A stretch of 31,101 nt of DNA from positions 1 through 31,101 of IMG/VR virus record IMGVR_UViG_3300044983_000269; one strand, 5' to 3'. Made by a program: the position numbers and the translations under genes. Below the pieces are notes generated by a model, which worked only from the letters and a program-made list of their open reading frames with translations, was not told where the DNA came from and searched no databases. The DNA is from a virus. Taxonomy: Duplodnaviria; Caudoviricetes. Of the stretch, positions 15,111 to 23,613 are shown in pieces (the first letter of the stretch is position 1; each line of letters starts with the position of its first letter).

Positions 15111-17658
15111 CGTTGTCGTCCTCCTGAACCCACTGGACGTCTCGCGGCGGCGGCGCCTGGTGCTCCCCGACGACATCCCGCTCCTGGCCTGGGTGGACGC
15201 CAACGAGCCTGCGCTCGGCGCACTCCAGCGCTGCGTCTTCGTCAACGGCCAGGCTTGCGAGGACCGCACCTATCGCACGCACGCGCATGACGAAGTGCTC
15301 GTCACCTTCGCCCCAGGGATAACGGGGGCCATGGTGACGCAGGCCATCGTCTCTGCCATCGTCGCGGCGGCTATCGGCTACATCGTCTCGCGGATCTTCG
15401 CGCCCTCGCGACCGAAAGCGGCCGACACGCCGCAGGCCTCGCAGGTCTACGGCATCGCGCCGCCGAAGAATGCCGCGCGCCTCGGACAACCCATCCCCGT
15501 GATCTACGGCAATGTGATCGCGCTCCCCGACTTCGCCGCGCAGCCGTACACGTTTTACCTGGGCAACGAGGCTTACCTGCACGCGATCCTGTGCCTGGGG
15601 CTCGGCGAATTCGATGTCGTCGAGATGATGCTCGGGCAGACCTCAGCTGTTCCGCTCGCGAAAGACGTCGTGCAGTACCGCGTCTTCCTGCCTGCAGACC
15701 ACAACAAGACCTTTGGCGTCATCGAGGCAGCCACCGGCGTGCGCGAGAACGTCGTCACGAGCCCTGCCGTGGGCGACCAGGAACTCGTCGCGCCGAACGC
15801 GGGCGGCTCCATCGTGCCTTCGACGTGGTACTGGGCGCTCTCGGCGCCGTATCAGGACTACCTGCCCCACGGGCTCGACATCAGTACCGGCACGCTCGCA
15901 GAAAAGCTCGTCAAGCTGCCACAAAACCCGGCGCTCGGCATAGCCGTTCTTTGCACCTACGGGTATTACTGGAACTACTACAACCCGAACGGGGGCTGGA
16001 TCTACCGGATCGGCACCTACACGGCCACGGCCTACGACCCCACGCACGACACGCCGCCCGACTCGCTCGTGCCCCCACCGGGCTACTCGGAAGCCGGCAA
16101 GGACAAATGGGTCGGCTCCTTTGCCACCTGCAAGCCCGGCCAGCATGGCTCGCTTCTCGAACTCGATTTCGTCTTTCAGGGTGGGCTCTACAAGGGGGAC
16201 AGTTCGGGCAACCTGACCGACGCCACGGTTGCGATCAAAGCAGAGGCCCAGCAGATCGACGACGACGGCAAGGACATCGTGGGCGCACTGCTCACCTTCA
16301 CCCCGTCTTTCACCGCACACGACAACACGCCGCAGCGCCGGACAGTCAGCTACCCTGTCCCTTCGGGGCGCTATCGCGTGCGCGCACAGCGTACGAGCGC
16401 CTCGGATCTGAAGGTCACCACCTCGGACCACGTGATCTGGGCAGGCTTGAAATTCCAACTGGACCCACCGCCTCCGGCCACGTTCGTCTACGGGGACGTG
16501 ACGCTGATCTCGATCATCATGAAGGCGACCAACGGGGTCGCCGCGGACGCAGCCGGCTCGATGCGCTTTCGGGCCACGCGGCGCCTGCGTCCCATAGCAG
16601 ACCCGAACGCGCCCACGCAACCGACGACGAACCCGGCGGACGCCTTCGCCGACGTGCTCTGCGCGGCCTACGGTGGGGCGCGGCCGGTCAACGATGACGA
16701 GCTGGATCTGGTCGAACTCCTCGAAAGCCGCGAGATGTGGGAAGACCACGACGGCTTCAACGCCGTCTTCGACCAGCCCTCGACGGTCTGGGAGGCGCTC
16801 GGGCTCACGGTGCAGACCGTCCACGCGGCGCCGCTCCCCGTGGGCTCGCGCATGAGCCTGATCCACGACGGGGTGCAGCCCGTGCGCACGCAACTGTTCA
16901 CCGATGCCAACATCGCAGCAGGCTCGCTGCAGGTGAATGTCCAGTTCGACACGACGGGTACCCCGCAAGGCGTGCGCGTGAACTACCGTGATGCGCTGTC
17001 CTTCTCGGCGCAAGCGCTACTGCTGCCGCCCGATGCACCGGACTTCACTACCGTGGACCTCTTCGGCTGCACCTCGCCCACGGTGGCGCAGGAGCACGGC
17101 ACGCTGATCCAGGCCAAGCGGCGCCTGCAGCGCATGGCCATCACCTTTGTGACCGAACTCGAGGGCCTGAATGTCTTGCCGGGCGACCGCATTGGGGTGC
17201 AGTCCGGCATGGTGAAGTGGGCGCAGAGCGCGCGCGTGGCCTCCTGGGACGGCGGGCTCGTCGTTGACCTGGACACCGCACTCGACTGGACGACGGGGTC
17301 GACGCATGCGATCCAGCTGCGTGATCCCACAGGCGCCCCGGTGCGCGTGGTGGGCGTCACGCGCGGGGAGACCGATGCGCAGCTCATCTTGCCAAGTGCT
17401 GCGCCGTTCGAGCTCGTCGAGCTGTACTCCACGCTCGAGGCGACGATTCTTTCGTTCGGCGCGGTCGACCAAGAGACCACCGACTGGACGGTCACGAAGA
17501 TGACGCCCAACGGCGCGCAGGTCACCATCGACGCGCTGAACTACGACCCCGCGATCTACGCCGGCGCGGCGGCCTTCACGCGCGCGCCCATCGGGCTCGC
17601 CGAGGCTGGCAGATTCGCCGATGATGCAGGCGAGCTGCTCGAGGAGGCTGCGCCGTGA
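15103..17658 (+). CDS. Tail tip / host-specificity protein J-like with a fused gpI-like N-terminus
   Basis: 'NAARLGQPIPVIYG', 'GRYRVRAQR', 'NPADAFAD', 'LFTDANI', 'PGDRIGV', 'NYDPAIY'. Confidence 0.85.
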   Translation: MADVVVLLNPLDVSRRRRLVLPDDIPLLAWVDANEPALGALQRCVFVNGQACEDRTYRTHAHDEVLVTFAPGITGAMVTQAIVSAIVAAAIGYIVSRIFAPSRPKAADTPQASQVYGIAPPKNAARLGQPIPVIYGNVIALPDFAAQPYTFYLGNEAYLHAILCLGLGEFDVVEMMLGQTSAVPLAKDVVQYRVFLPADHNKTFGVIEAATGVRENVVTSPAVGDQELVAPNAGGSIVPSTWYWALSAPYQDYLPHGLDISTGTLAEKLVKLPQNPALGIAVLCTYGYYWNYYNPNGGWIYRIGTYTATAYDPTHDTPPDSLVPPPGYSEAGKDKWVGSFATCKPGQHGSLLELDFVFQGGLYKGDSSGNLTDATVAIKAEAQQIDDDGKDIVGALLTFTPSFTAHDNTPQRRTVSYPVPSGRYRVRAQRTSASDLKVTTSDHVIWAGLKFQLDPPPPATFVYGDVTLISIIMKATNGVAADAAGSMRFRATRRLRPIADPNAPTQPTTNPADAFADVLCAAYGGARPVNDDELDLVELLESREMWEDHDGFNAVFDQPSTVWEALGLTVQTVHAAPLPVGSRMSLIHDGVQPVRTQLFTDANIAAGSLQVNVQFDTTGTPQGVRVNYRDALSFSAQALLLPPDAPDFTTVDLFGCTSPTVAQEHGTLIQAKRRLQRMAITFVTELEGLNVLPGDRIGVQSGMVKWAQSARVASWDGGLVVDLDTALDWTTGSTHAIQLRDPTGAPVRVVGVTRGETDAQLILPSAAPFELVELYSTLEATILSFGAVDQETTDWTVTKMTPNGAQVTIDALNYDPAIYAGAAAFTRAPIGLAEAGRFADDAGELLEEAAP

Positions 17659-18185
17659 TCGCTTACCCTGCGTCGTTCCCGTGCCCCTCGCGCGTCGAGG
17701 GTCACTCGGCGGCGCTGTTGGCGGGGCTCGTGCGCACGCCCATGGAAGCGGGCAACACGCGCCAGCGCAGGTCGCAGCGCGTGCTACCGCACCAGATCGC
17801 GCTCGTCTTCATGATCGACCAGGCGCTCTACGGCGGCTGGCTCGCCTGGGTGAACGCCTACGCCTGGGATCAGTGGGTCGTGATGAAGTTGCCGGGCCTG
17901 CTCGCGAGCAAGCTCGGCGCACACACGGCAGCTGTTCCCGTGCGCTTCATGAGCGACGTGCAGGCCGAACTCGTCCCCGTGAATCGCCTGTGGTACTGGC
18001 GCCTGCATGTGCAAGCCGAGTATCTGCCAGTGCCTGAAGATTTTCCGGCCGTGGGTGGCATCTGGATCGCAGGCGGGGTGCCCGGGGCGCCGTCTCTTGA
18101 TTGGATCTTAGGCGGCGTGCCGGGCTCGCCCGCGCCGATCTTCACGAACCCCGGCACGCCGGCCGCGCCGACCATCATCATCTGA
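17655..18185 (+). CDS. Distal-tail (Dit / gpM-like) protein
   Basis: 'YPASFPCP...LVRTPMEAGNTRQRR...W...W' pattern typical of siphophage minor tail proteins. Confidence 0.65.
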   Translation: MIAYPASFPCPSRVEGHSAALLAGLVRTPMEAGNTRQRRSQRVLPHQIALVFMIDQALYGGWLAWVNAYAWDQWVVMKLPGLLASKLGAHTAAVPVRFMSDVQAELVPVNRLWYWRLHVQAEYLPVPEDFPAVGGIWIAGGVPGAPSLDWILGGVPGSPAPIFTNPGTPAAPTIII

Positions 18186-18201
18186 AAGCGAGCGCCCCAT
18201 C

Positions 18202-20130
18202 ATGGCCGACATCAATGCACGCACCCGATTGCTCATCGGCACCACCGCCGAATGGGCCGCGGCCGACCTCGTGCTCGGCGCCGGCGAGCTCGTGCTCGAA
18301 CGCGCCGGGGGAACGGTCAAGATGAAGGCCGGGGACGGCGCCGCGCACTATTCGGCGCTGCCCTTCGTCACGGCGCAACCTACGATCCCGCCCGAGTACC
18401 TGACCGACGTAGAGGCCGACGCGCTGTATCTGAAGCTGGTCGACGTGACCTCGACGCCAGTCGCAGGCAAGGTGCCGCGCCTGGGCGCCGGGGGCCTACT
18501 GCACGCTGGAATGGTGCCGCTGCCGCCCGCCATCGACGTTTCGACCGGCGCGGCCGACGCGGGCAAGCTGGTGAAGACCGCATCGACCGGCAAGGTGGAC
18601 GCGACGCTCCTGCCGCCGACCGTCGTCGTCTCGGCGGGGCCTGCCGATGCTGGCAAGCACGTCGTCACCTCGTCCACCGGAAAGGTGGATTCGAGCCTCA
18701 TCACCGTGACCACGGGCACCTACCGGGGCACGGTCGACGCCACGCTCGCCAAGCCGGCCGGCACCTACTTGGCAGGCGACTATTTCCTCAACACGGGCTC
18801 GGGCCTGGCGCACGCCTCCTGGGGCTTTCCGGGCGGCACGACGGTCTCGCCCTCGCAGCAGATCATCTACAACGGCACGGCCTGGGACACGGTGCAGGGG
18901 GCGGCCTACCTGCCGATTTCGGGCGGGCAGTTGACCGGCGTGTTGAAGATTCGCGACGGCGGCGTCTATGGTGGGACGTTCACGGGCGGATGGGACGCCC
19001 TCGTGGCCGAGTCCAACGGGGACACCGGCATTTCGATCATGACGCCCAAGGCGAATTACGGCGGGCTCGTCTTCGGGAACCCGACGAGCGCGGCGGCCGG
19101 GTTCTTCGTCTACGGCCACGCGCAGGATGTCATGCAATTCGGAACGGGCGGCACCGTTCGTATGAATCTCAGCGCTGCGGGGGGGCTCGCTTCTACGGTG
19201 CCCTTCTACGCCCCCAACGGCACCTTGGCCGCGCCCAGCTACACCTTCAACGGCGACCCCGGTGCAGGTCTAGTGTTAGGCGGCGGAGGGACCACTGTCG
19301 TCGTGGGCTCGGGCGCAGAGCTGGCGCGGTTCACGCCTACGGCCTCGTACTTGGGAGGCAACGGCAACGGGCTTTTGGGAATACAGAATTCAAGCCAGAT
19401 TCTTTACATGCTGGCTGGCACCGCCGCAGAGGTTACCAATTGCGCGCAATTGGTGCTGACCGGAACGACATTTGCGAACCCGCGTGCGGCATTCCTGCGC
19501 AGTGATACGACGATGTTTACCAATGCGGCGGGGAGTCTCGAATACGGGAGATTCAATTCTGTCGGGCAATTCTTAGTCGGGACGTCGGTTCCAATGCTGA
19601 CCGGCGCGGGCCGCGGCGAAATTGACATCAACGGGACGGCGGAAGCAATTCTTGGGCTAGGTGTCAACGGTGTTGTGAAGGCATATGTTCTCGCCGCTGG
19701 CGGAGAACTGAACATTCACAATACCACTGCCGCCAATTTTAATTTGCAAGTCAATGGCGCGACGAAGTTAACAATTTCACCGACGCAATTGCTTGACCAG
19801 ATTAACGGCGAGGAAATCGGGTGGCGCAACCTTCCTGTCGTCGCCGTCACAGCAGCCGGCTCGTACTCTTTCACCATTGCCAACCGGGGTAAATGCGTCA
19901 ATGCGGGCGGCAGCTGTACCGGGGTCACGATTGGCGACCTTGGTGCGGGGGCCGTGCATTCGGTTTTCAATGGCACGGCCGGCCCGATCAACATCAATGC
20001 AGCCGGTGTCCAATTATTTTGGAATGGGACTGTCGTATCGACGGCGCGCACGCTGGCGAAATGGGGCTTCGCTACCATGCTCAATCTGGGCAATGGAGCC
20101 ATCATGCTGACCGGGCAGGGCATTTCATGA
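18202..20130 (+). CDS. Tail fibre / receptor-binding protein with an Mtd_N (hyaluronidase N-terminal-like) anchor domain
   Basis: 'GTTAEWAAADLVLGAGELVLE...KMKAGDG...YSALPF', AGK..GKVD repeats, 'YLPISGGQLTG', Gly/Thr-rich beta segments. Confidence 0.85.
   Translation: MADINARTRLLIGTTAEWAAADLVLGAGELVLERAGGTVKMKAGDGAAHYSALPFVTAQPTIPPEYLTDVEADALYLKLVDVTSTPVAGKVPRLGAGGLLHAGMVPLPPAIDVSTGAADAGKLVKTASTGKVDATLLPPTVVVSAGPADAGKHVVTSSTGKVDSSLITVTTGTYRGTVDATLAKPAGTYLAGDYFLNTGSGLAHASWGFPGGTTVSPSQQIIYNGTAWDTVQGAAYLPISGGQLTGVLKIRDGGVYGGTFTGGWDALVAESNGDTGISIMTPKANYGGLVFGNPTSAAAGFFVYGHAQDVMQFGTGGTVRMNLSAAGGLASTVPFYAPNGTLAAPSYTFNGDPGAGLVLGGGGTTVVVGSGAELARFTPTASYLGGNGNGLLGIQNSSQILYMLAGTAAEVTNCAQLVLTGTTFANPRAAFLRSDTTMFTNAAGSLEYGRFNSVGQFLVGTSVPMLTGAGRGEIDINGTAEAILGLGVNGVVKAYVLAAGGELNIHNTTAANFNLQVNGATKLTISPTQLLDQINGEEIGWRNLPVVAVTAAGSYSFTIANRGKCVNAGGSCTGVTIGDLGAGAVHSVFNGTAGPININAAGVQLFWNGTVVSTARTLAKWGFATMLNLGNGAIMLTGQGIS
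18448..18702 (+). repeat. Three degenerate ~29-aa repeats in the tail fibre
   Basis: 'TSTPVAGKVPRLGAGGLLHAGMVP', 'STGAADAGKLVKTASTGKVDATLLP', 'SAGPADAGKHVVTSSTGKVDSSLI'. Confidence 0.7.
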
Positions 20131-20570
20131 CGGGCACCCAGCAGGCACTGATGATGGGCGGCGATGGCGCGGTGGTGCTCTCGTTCACGCCGTGGAATGT
20201 CATCGCCTCGGCGCTCACCGGCACGGCGGTTACGGCCTATCTGGCGTTCGCATCGACCGGGGCCGTCAGCTTCGTGGCCACCCCCAACAGTACGACGGTG
20301 GCGGGCTCCCCAGCGTGGTGGCTGCCCGTGGGGGTAGCACAACCAGGGCTGTGGATACGGGGCACCGTCACGTCGGGCAATGCGCCCACGACGGGCCAGG
20401 CCGTGGGCACCTGGCTCAACCTCTCAGGCACCACCATCCTTTGGGGGTTCGCCGGCGCCACCTCGGGCTCGCAGCAATGCACGCTTACCGTCGAGATCGC
20501 GCGCGATGCGGCTGGCGCCAATGTCATTTTCACCAGCGCAGGCAACCAGGTTTCTGCTACCCATGTCTGA
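20127..20570 (+). CDS. Hypothetical beta-rich protein, likely fibre tip/adhesin partner
   Basis: ATGA overlap with the fibre gene. Gly/Thr/Trp-rich, 147 aa. Confidence 0.7.
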   Translation: MTGTQQALMMGGDGAVVLSFTPWNVIASALTGTAVTAYLAFASTGAVSFVATPNSTTVAGSPAWWLPVGVAQPGLWIRGTVTSGNAPTTGQAVGTWLNLSGTTILWGFAGATSGSQQCTLTVEIARDAAGANVIFTSAGNQVSATHV

Positions 20571-20586
20571 AAGGAGACAGCGCACC

Positions 20587-20859
20587 ATGGACGACGTTCT
20601 CGTATTCAAGTTCACGCCCCAGGGGTTCAGCTATACGCGCAGGGCGCTCGGCGGGTGTCCGCACGACGAGGTGCGTCCGCTCATCGACAACCTGGAGTGG
20701 CAGCACCGCGAGCAGGTGCAGCCGGCTGCACCACCCGCGCCGCCGTTGTCCGACGCAGCCCCTCCACCGGGACCGGCCCCCGTGCGCCGACTGCGCGCTG
20801 TCAAGCGCGAGCGCGGCAACGGCGCGGACCACAGCGCGGAGAATGCGCCCGCGTCCTGA
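20587..20859 (+). CDS. Hypothetical 90-aa protein (possible fibre chaperone)
   Basis: AAGGAG SD and 'CPHDEVRPLIDNL' motif. Last gene of the late operon. Confidence 0.7.
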   Translation: MDDVLVFKFTPQGFSYTRRALGGCPHDEVRPLIDNLEWQHREQVQPAAPPAPPLSDAAPPPGPAPVRRLRAVKRERGNGADHSAENAPAS

Positions 20860-20877
20860 AGAGCTTGCGGATCGCGA

Positions 20878-21891
20878 TCAAGCCTGGCCGCGCAGGCTCG
20901 CCGAGAGCATCTCGAGTTCGGCCTGCTTCGCTGTCCAGCCCCCGGCGCCATCCTTGAAGTGCAGCCCGTACTCGGTCGGATCGGCCGTGTTCTGCTTCCA
21001 CTGCCACCAGGTGAACGGGATCTTCGCCTGCGTGAGCTGCTCGAGCACCGAGCGCATCGCGACGAGATCTGAGTCATCGCCCGAGTGCCGGCCGACCTGC
21101 TGGACGAGCACGGGGACATTGCAGCCAGCGCGCATAGTGACGAGCGCGCGGATGCCGGCAGCGAGCTTGTCTGGGCTCGTCACCTTGCCCGAAAGCAGGT
21201 TGCCGGTGTAGACCACGTCGGCGCGCTCAGGCAGCCAGGCCTCGTCGATGACGTTCACCTCGTAGCCGTTGCGCGGCCCGACGAGGAACGGGGTCTCGGC
21301 GTCCACCTCGCGCACGGCGGCAATGACCTCGCGGTAGAAGTCGCGCACGCGCGGCGACGCGCTCGCAGGCCGTCCGCCGAGAGGCTCAGGCAGCAGCTCG
21401 AGCATGGCCACGTGCGGCACCTCGCGCAAGAGCGCGGCGACATGGCGCCAGACCGACAGGTACACGCCGCGCGTCGGGTAGTCGGTGAAGAAGTTGCGCC
21501 CGGCCTGGCCGAACACCCCGAGCGGGTCACAGTAGGCGATGTCCTCGGCGGACTGGGTGCCGCTCTGCCCGCAGTTCGAGTCGATGAACGGAATCACCCA
21601 CATGCTGCGCGAGGTGATCCAGCCGATCTCGCGCCGCGACTGCTCGAGGTTGGCGCGGCGCAGGAACGCATACCCGTCGTTGTCGCGCGCGTCGGTGTCC
21701 TTGGCCCCGTGTAGGCCCCACCACCGCGCGACAGGCAGGCGGATGCAGTTCGCACCGAGCGCGAGCGCCGCGTCTGCATCGGCTTCGGTGCTCTCCCCCC
21801 AGGCACCCCAGTTCACGCCGCGCAGGGTGATCGGCTTGCCGTTGGGCTTGCGAAGGTGCTGGCCGTCGACGGTGAGGCGGGGAGCGATCAC
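20878..21891 (-). CDS. Glycoside hydrolase family 5 (cellulase)-fold protein with degenerate catalytic motifs
   Basis: 'LTVDGQHL...GKPITLRGVNWG', 'LGANCIRLP', 'ELLPEP', 'VPVLVQQVG', 'FTWWQWK'. GTG start with a GGAGG SD 6 nt upstream. Confidence 0.8.
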   Translation of the reverse strand: MIAPRLTVDGQHLRKPNGKPITLRGVNWGAWGESTEADADAALALGANCIRLPVARWWGLHGAKDTDARDNDGYAFLRRANLEQSRREIGWITSRSMWVIPFIDSNCGQSGTQSAEDIAYCDPLGVFGQAGRNFFTDYPTRGVYLSVWRHVAALLREVPHVAMLELLPEPLGGRPASASPRVRDFYREVIAAVREVDAETPFLVGPRNGYEVNVIDEAWLPERADVVYTGNLLSGKVTSPDKLAAGIRALVTMRAGCNVPVLVQQVGRHSGDDSDLVAMRSVLEQLTQAKIPFTWWQWKQNTADPTEYGLHFKDGAGGWTAKQAELEMLSASLRGQA

Positions 21892-21892
21892 G

Positions 21893-22108
21893 TCATACCT
21901 CCGGTAACGCATGATGCCGAGCAATGATGTCAGCGAGTTCGTGATAGCCGTCTGCCCGAAGCGCGGCGACATGCTCGGCGATGGTTGGCGTAGGCTCACG
22001 ATCAAGTAAGCGGAATGCAGCACGCAACTTCACGACCACGACGGCAGGCTCATCAGTCGCGGTGATGTGCGCGAGGGTGATTGCCATCGTCCATTGCTCG
22101 TCAGTCAT
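21893..22108 (-). CDS. Hypothetical protein
   Basis: ATGA coupling within the minus-strand operon. Confidence 0.65.
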   Translation of the reverse strand: MTDEQWTMAITLAHITATDEPAVVVVKLRAAFRLLDREPTPTIAEHVAALRADGYHELADIIARHHALPEV

Positions 22109-22509
22109 GGCTCGCCTTCGCCTGGCATGTCCGGCGCATCGGCCCAGGCCCGCCAGCCGCGTTCGTAGTCAGCAGCGTACCGGCGCTGGAATTCTGCCTC
22201 GATGCCAGCCTGCGACCAGAGCGACATCGGCCCGAGTACCTCGACGACCTTCGCAAGCGTGAAGCGGCCGGCAGCCAGCTCGCGCAGCGCGGCGAGTTCC
22301 TTGCGCTCGACGTCATCGATGCCAGTGACCTGCTGCGTAGCGGCGGCACGGGCAGCTTGCCACGCGCACCAGGCAGCCTGAACTTCGTAGCTGTTGTAAA
22401 CACCCTTCTCGGCGCTAATCCGCTGATCGAAGTCTTCCCGGTGGCGCCATATCGGACGCGCCCACTTCTCGAACGCCTGGCGCTCCTGCTGCTCGTTGGT
22501 GGGGGTCAT
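22105..22509 (-). CDS. Hypothetical phage early protein
   Basis: 'ERQAFEKW...VQAAWCAWQAARA' motif common in lambdoid early genes. GGAGG SD. Confidence 0.75.
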   Translation of the reverse strand: MTPTNEQQERQAFEKWARPIWRHREDFDQRISAEKGVYNSYEVQAAWCAWQAARAAATQQVTGIDDVERKELAALRELAAGRFTLAKVVEVLGPMSLWSQAGIEAEFQRRYAADYERGWRAWADAPDMPGEGEP

Positions 22510-23322
22510 TCATTCCTCCGTGATGCCGTGGGCGCGCTCGACGGCGCGGGCGACTGCGTGCGAGAGCGCATGCACCGAAGGCTGCGAGGTCGGGTCGTCG
22601 GCGATCTTGCGATATAGCCTGTCGATCTCCGCAGCCGTCAGCGGCTTCCTCTGCTCTGCCTGCTGCGCCTCGGGATGCGGGGAGGCGGCTAGCATGGCGC
22701 GATAGACGCCGGCCGGGTCGTGCTCCGCCTCGGACACGCACAGGCCCGCCGCACTCATCGCGGGCGTCGGATCGATCGGCACCAGCTTCCACCCCGCCGG
22801 AGCCTCGCTGCGCGCGGCCTGCTCAATCAAGCACCCCGACACCGATGGCCCACCAGAGCCACGCGACTTCGAAGAAGAACCGTCCGTCCGTGTCGACGCC
22901 GACAGCGGCCGCTGGCAGGAGGAACATGACGTTTGGGTTGTGCCGTCGGTAGAACATGGGTTGCTCTTTCCACATCGAGGGCAGGCGTTGGGGCCATACC
23001 CCATGTCGAGGCGCTCCAAGGCCGACTTCAGAGCTTGAACATTCGCGGCTTGCCATCCAGCCTCCAGCTCCGCGATCCTCGCCAGCAGCGGGTCAGCGAT
23101 GGCGTGGGCGAAGCAAGGAAGGAGCCGCGAGTTCGGGCCGTAGTCCGCTGCCCATAGCTCGGCGATCCTCTCCTCGCTCACCCCCTGCGCCTCCCGCAGC
23201 TTGCGCATCTGGTCGGCGTGGTAGGCGGCTGCGTAGGCGCGCATAGCATCGTCGCTGTAGTAGACGTGCGCTCCAAGGTGTACCGGCTCCGGCTCCGGCA
23301 GCGGAAGTTCGTCGTGGGTCAT
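22510..23322 (-). CDS. Mosaic phage early protein with a possible Zn ribbon
   Basis: TGATG overlap start. Modules 'LPLPEP...DAMRAYA', 'CPRC...CSSC', 'PAGWKLVPIDPTPAM...YRAMLAASP', 'ARAVERAHGI'. Confidence 0.7.
   Translation of the reverse strand: MTHDELPLPEPEPVHLGAHVYYSDDAMRAYAAAYHADQMRKLREAQGVSEERIAELWAADYGPNSRLLPCFAHAIADPLLARIAELEAGWQAANVQALKSALERLDMGYGPNACPRCGKSNPCSTDGTTQTSCSSCQRPLSASTRTDGSSSKSRGSGGPSVSGCLIEQAARSEAPAGWKLVPIDPTPAMSAAGLCVSEAEHDPAGVYRAMLAASPHPEAQQAEQRKPLTAAEIDRLYRKIADDPTSQPSVHALSHAVARAVERAHGITEE
22823..22957 (-). CDS. Nested 44-aa ORF in an alternative frame (MFYRRHNPNV...AWLWWAIGVGVLD)
   Basis: ATG preceded by GGAAAGAG, protein-like composition, host-like codons. Confidence 0.4.
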   Translation of the reverse strand: MFYRRHNPNVMFLLPAAAVGVDTDGRFFFEVAWLWWAIGVGVLD

Positions 23323-23613
23323 CACAGGTCCTTCGGTGAAACAGGCGAGCCCCAGCACGGGGTGATCTCCACAGCGAATTCGAGCAGCCGTTCCGGGTTC
23401 ATGCCCCGCATCTTGGCGAGCTGGCGCTCGAGCGATTCGATGCGGATCTGGCGCAGCTCTTCGATGCGCGCAAGCGCGTCATCGCGGTTGTTGAATGCCT
23501 CGCTGCCGAGCTTGTACGAGGAAGCCAGACCACTCGGCGCCTTCTCGGGGGTTGGCATCTGCGATCCACACACCCTGCGTGAGGGCGTACTTGGTGATGT
23601 AGAACTTGTTCAC
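23322..23613 (-). pseudogene. Frameshifted conserved phage hypothetical gene
   Basis: The N-terminus 'MNKFYITKYALTQGV' (GTG at 23613, GGAG SD) and the C-terminus 'DALARIEELRQIRIESLERQLAKM' lie in different frames. Confidence 0.6.

Noticed and set aside
18202-20130. Diversity-generating retroelement suggested by the Mtd_N-like domain
   Set aside because: No reverse transcriptase and no TR/VR repeat pair differing at adenines was seen in the window. Mtd_N is a generic fibre anchor.
21892-22023. Longer N-terminus for the GH5-like ORF as a possible signal peptide
   Set aside because: It overlaps the upstream gene. GTG 21891 has a well-spaced GGAGG and GH5 similarity begins right after it.
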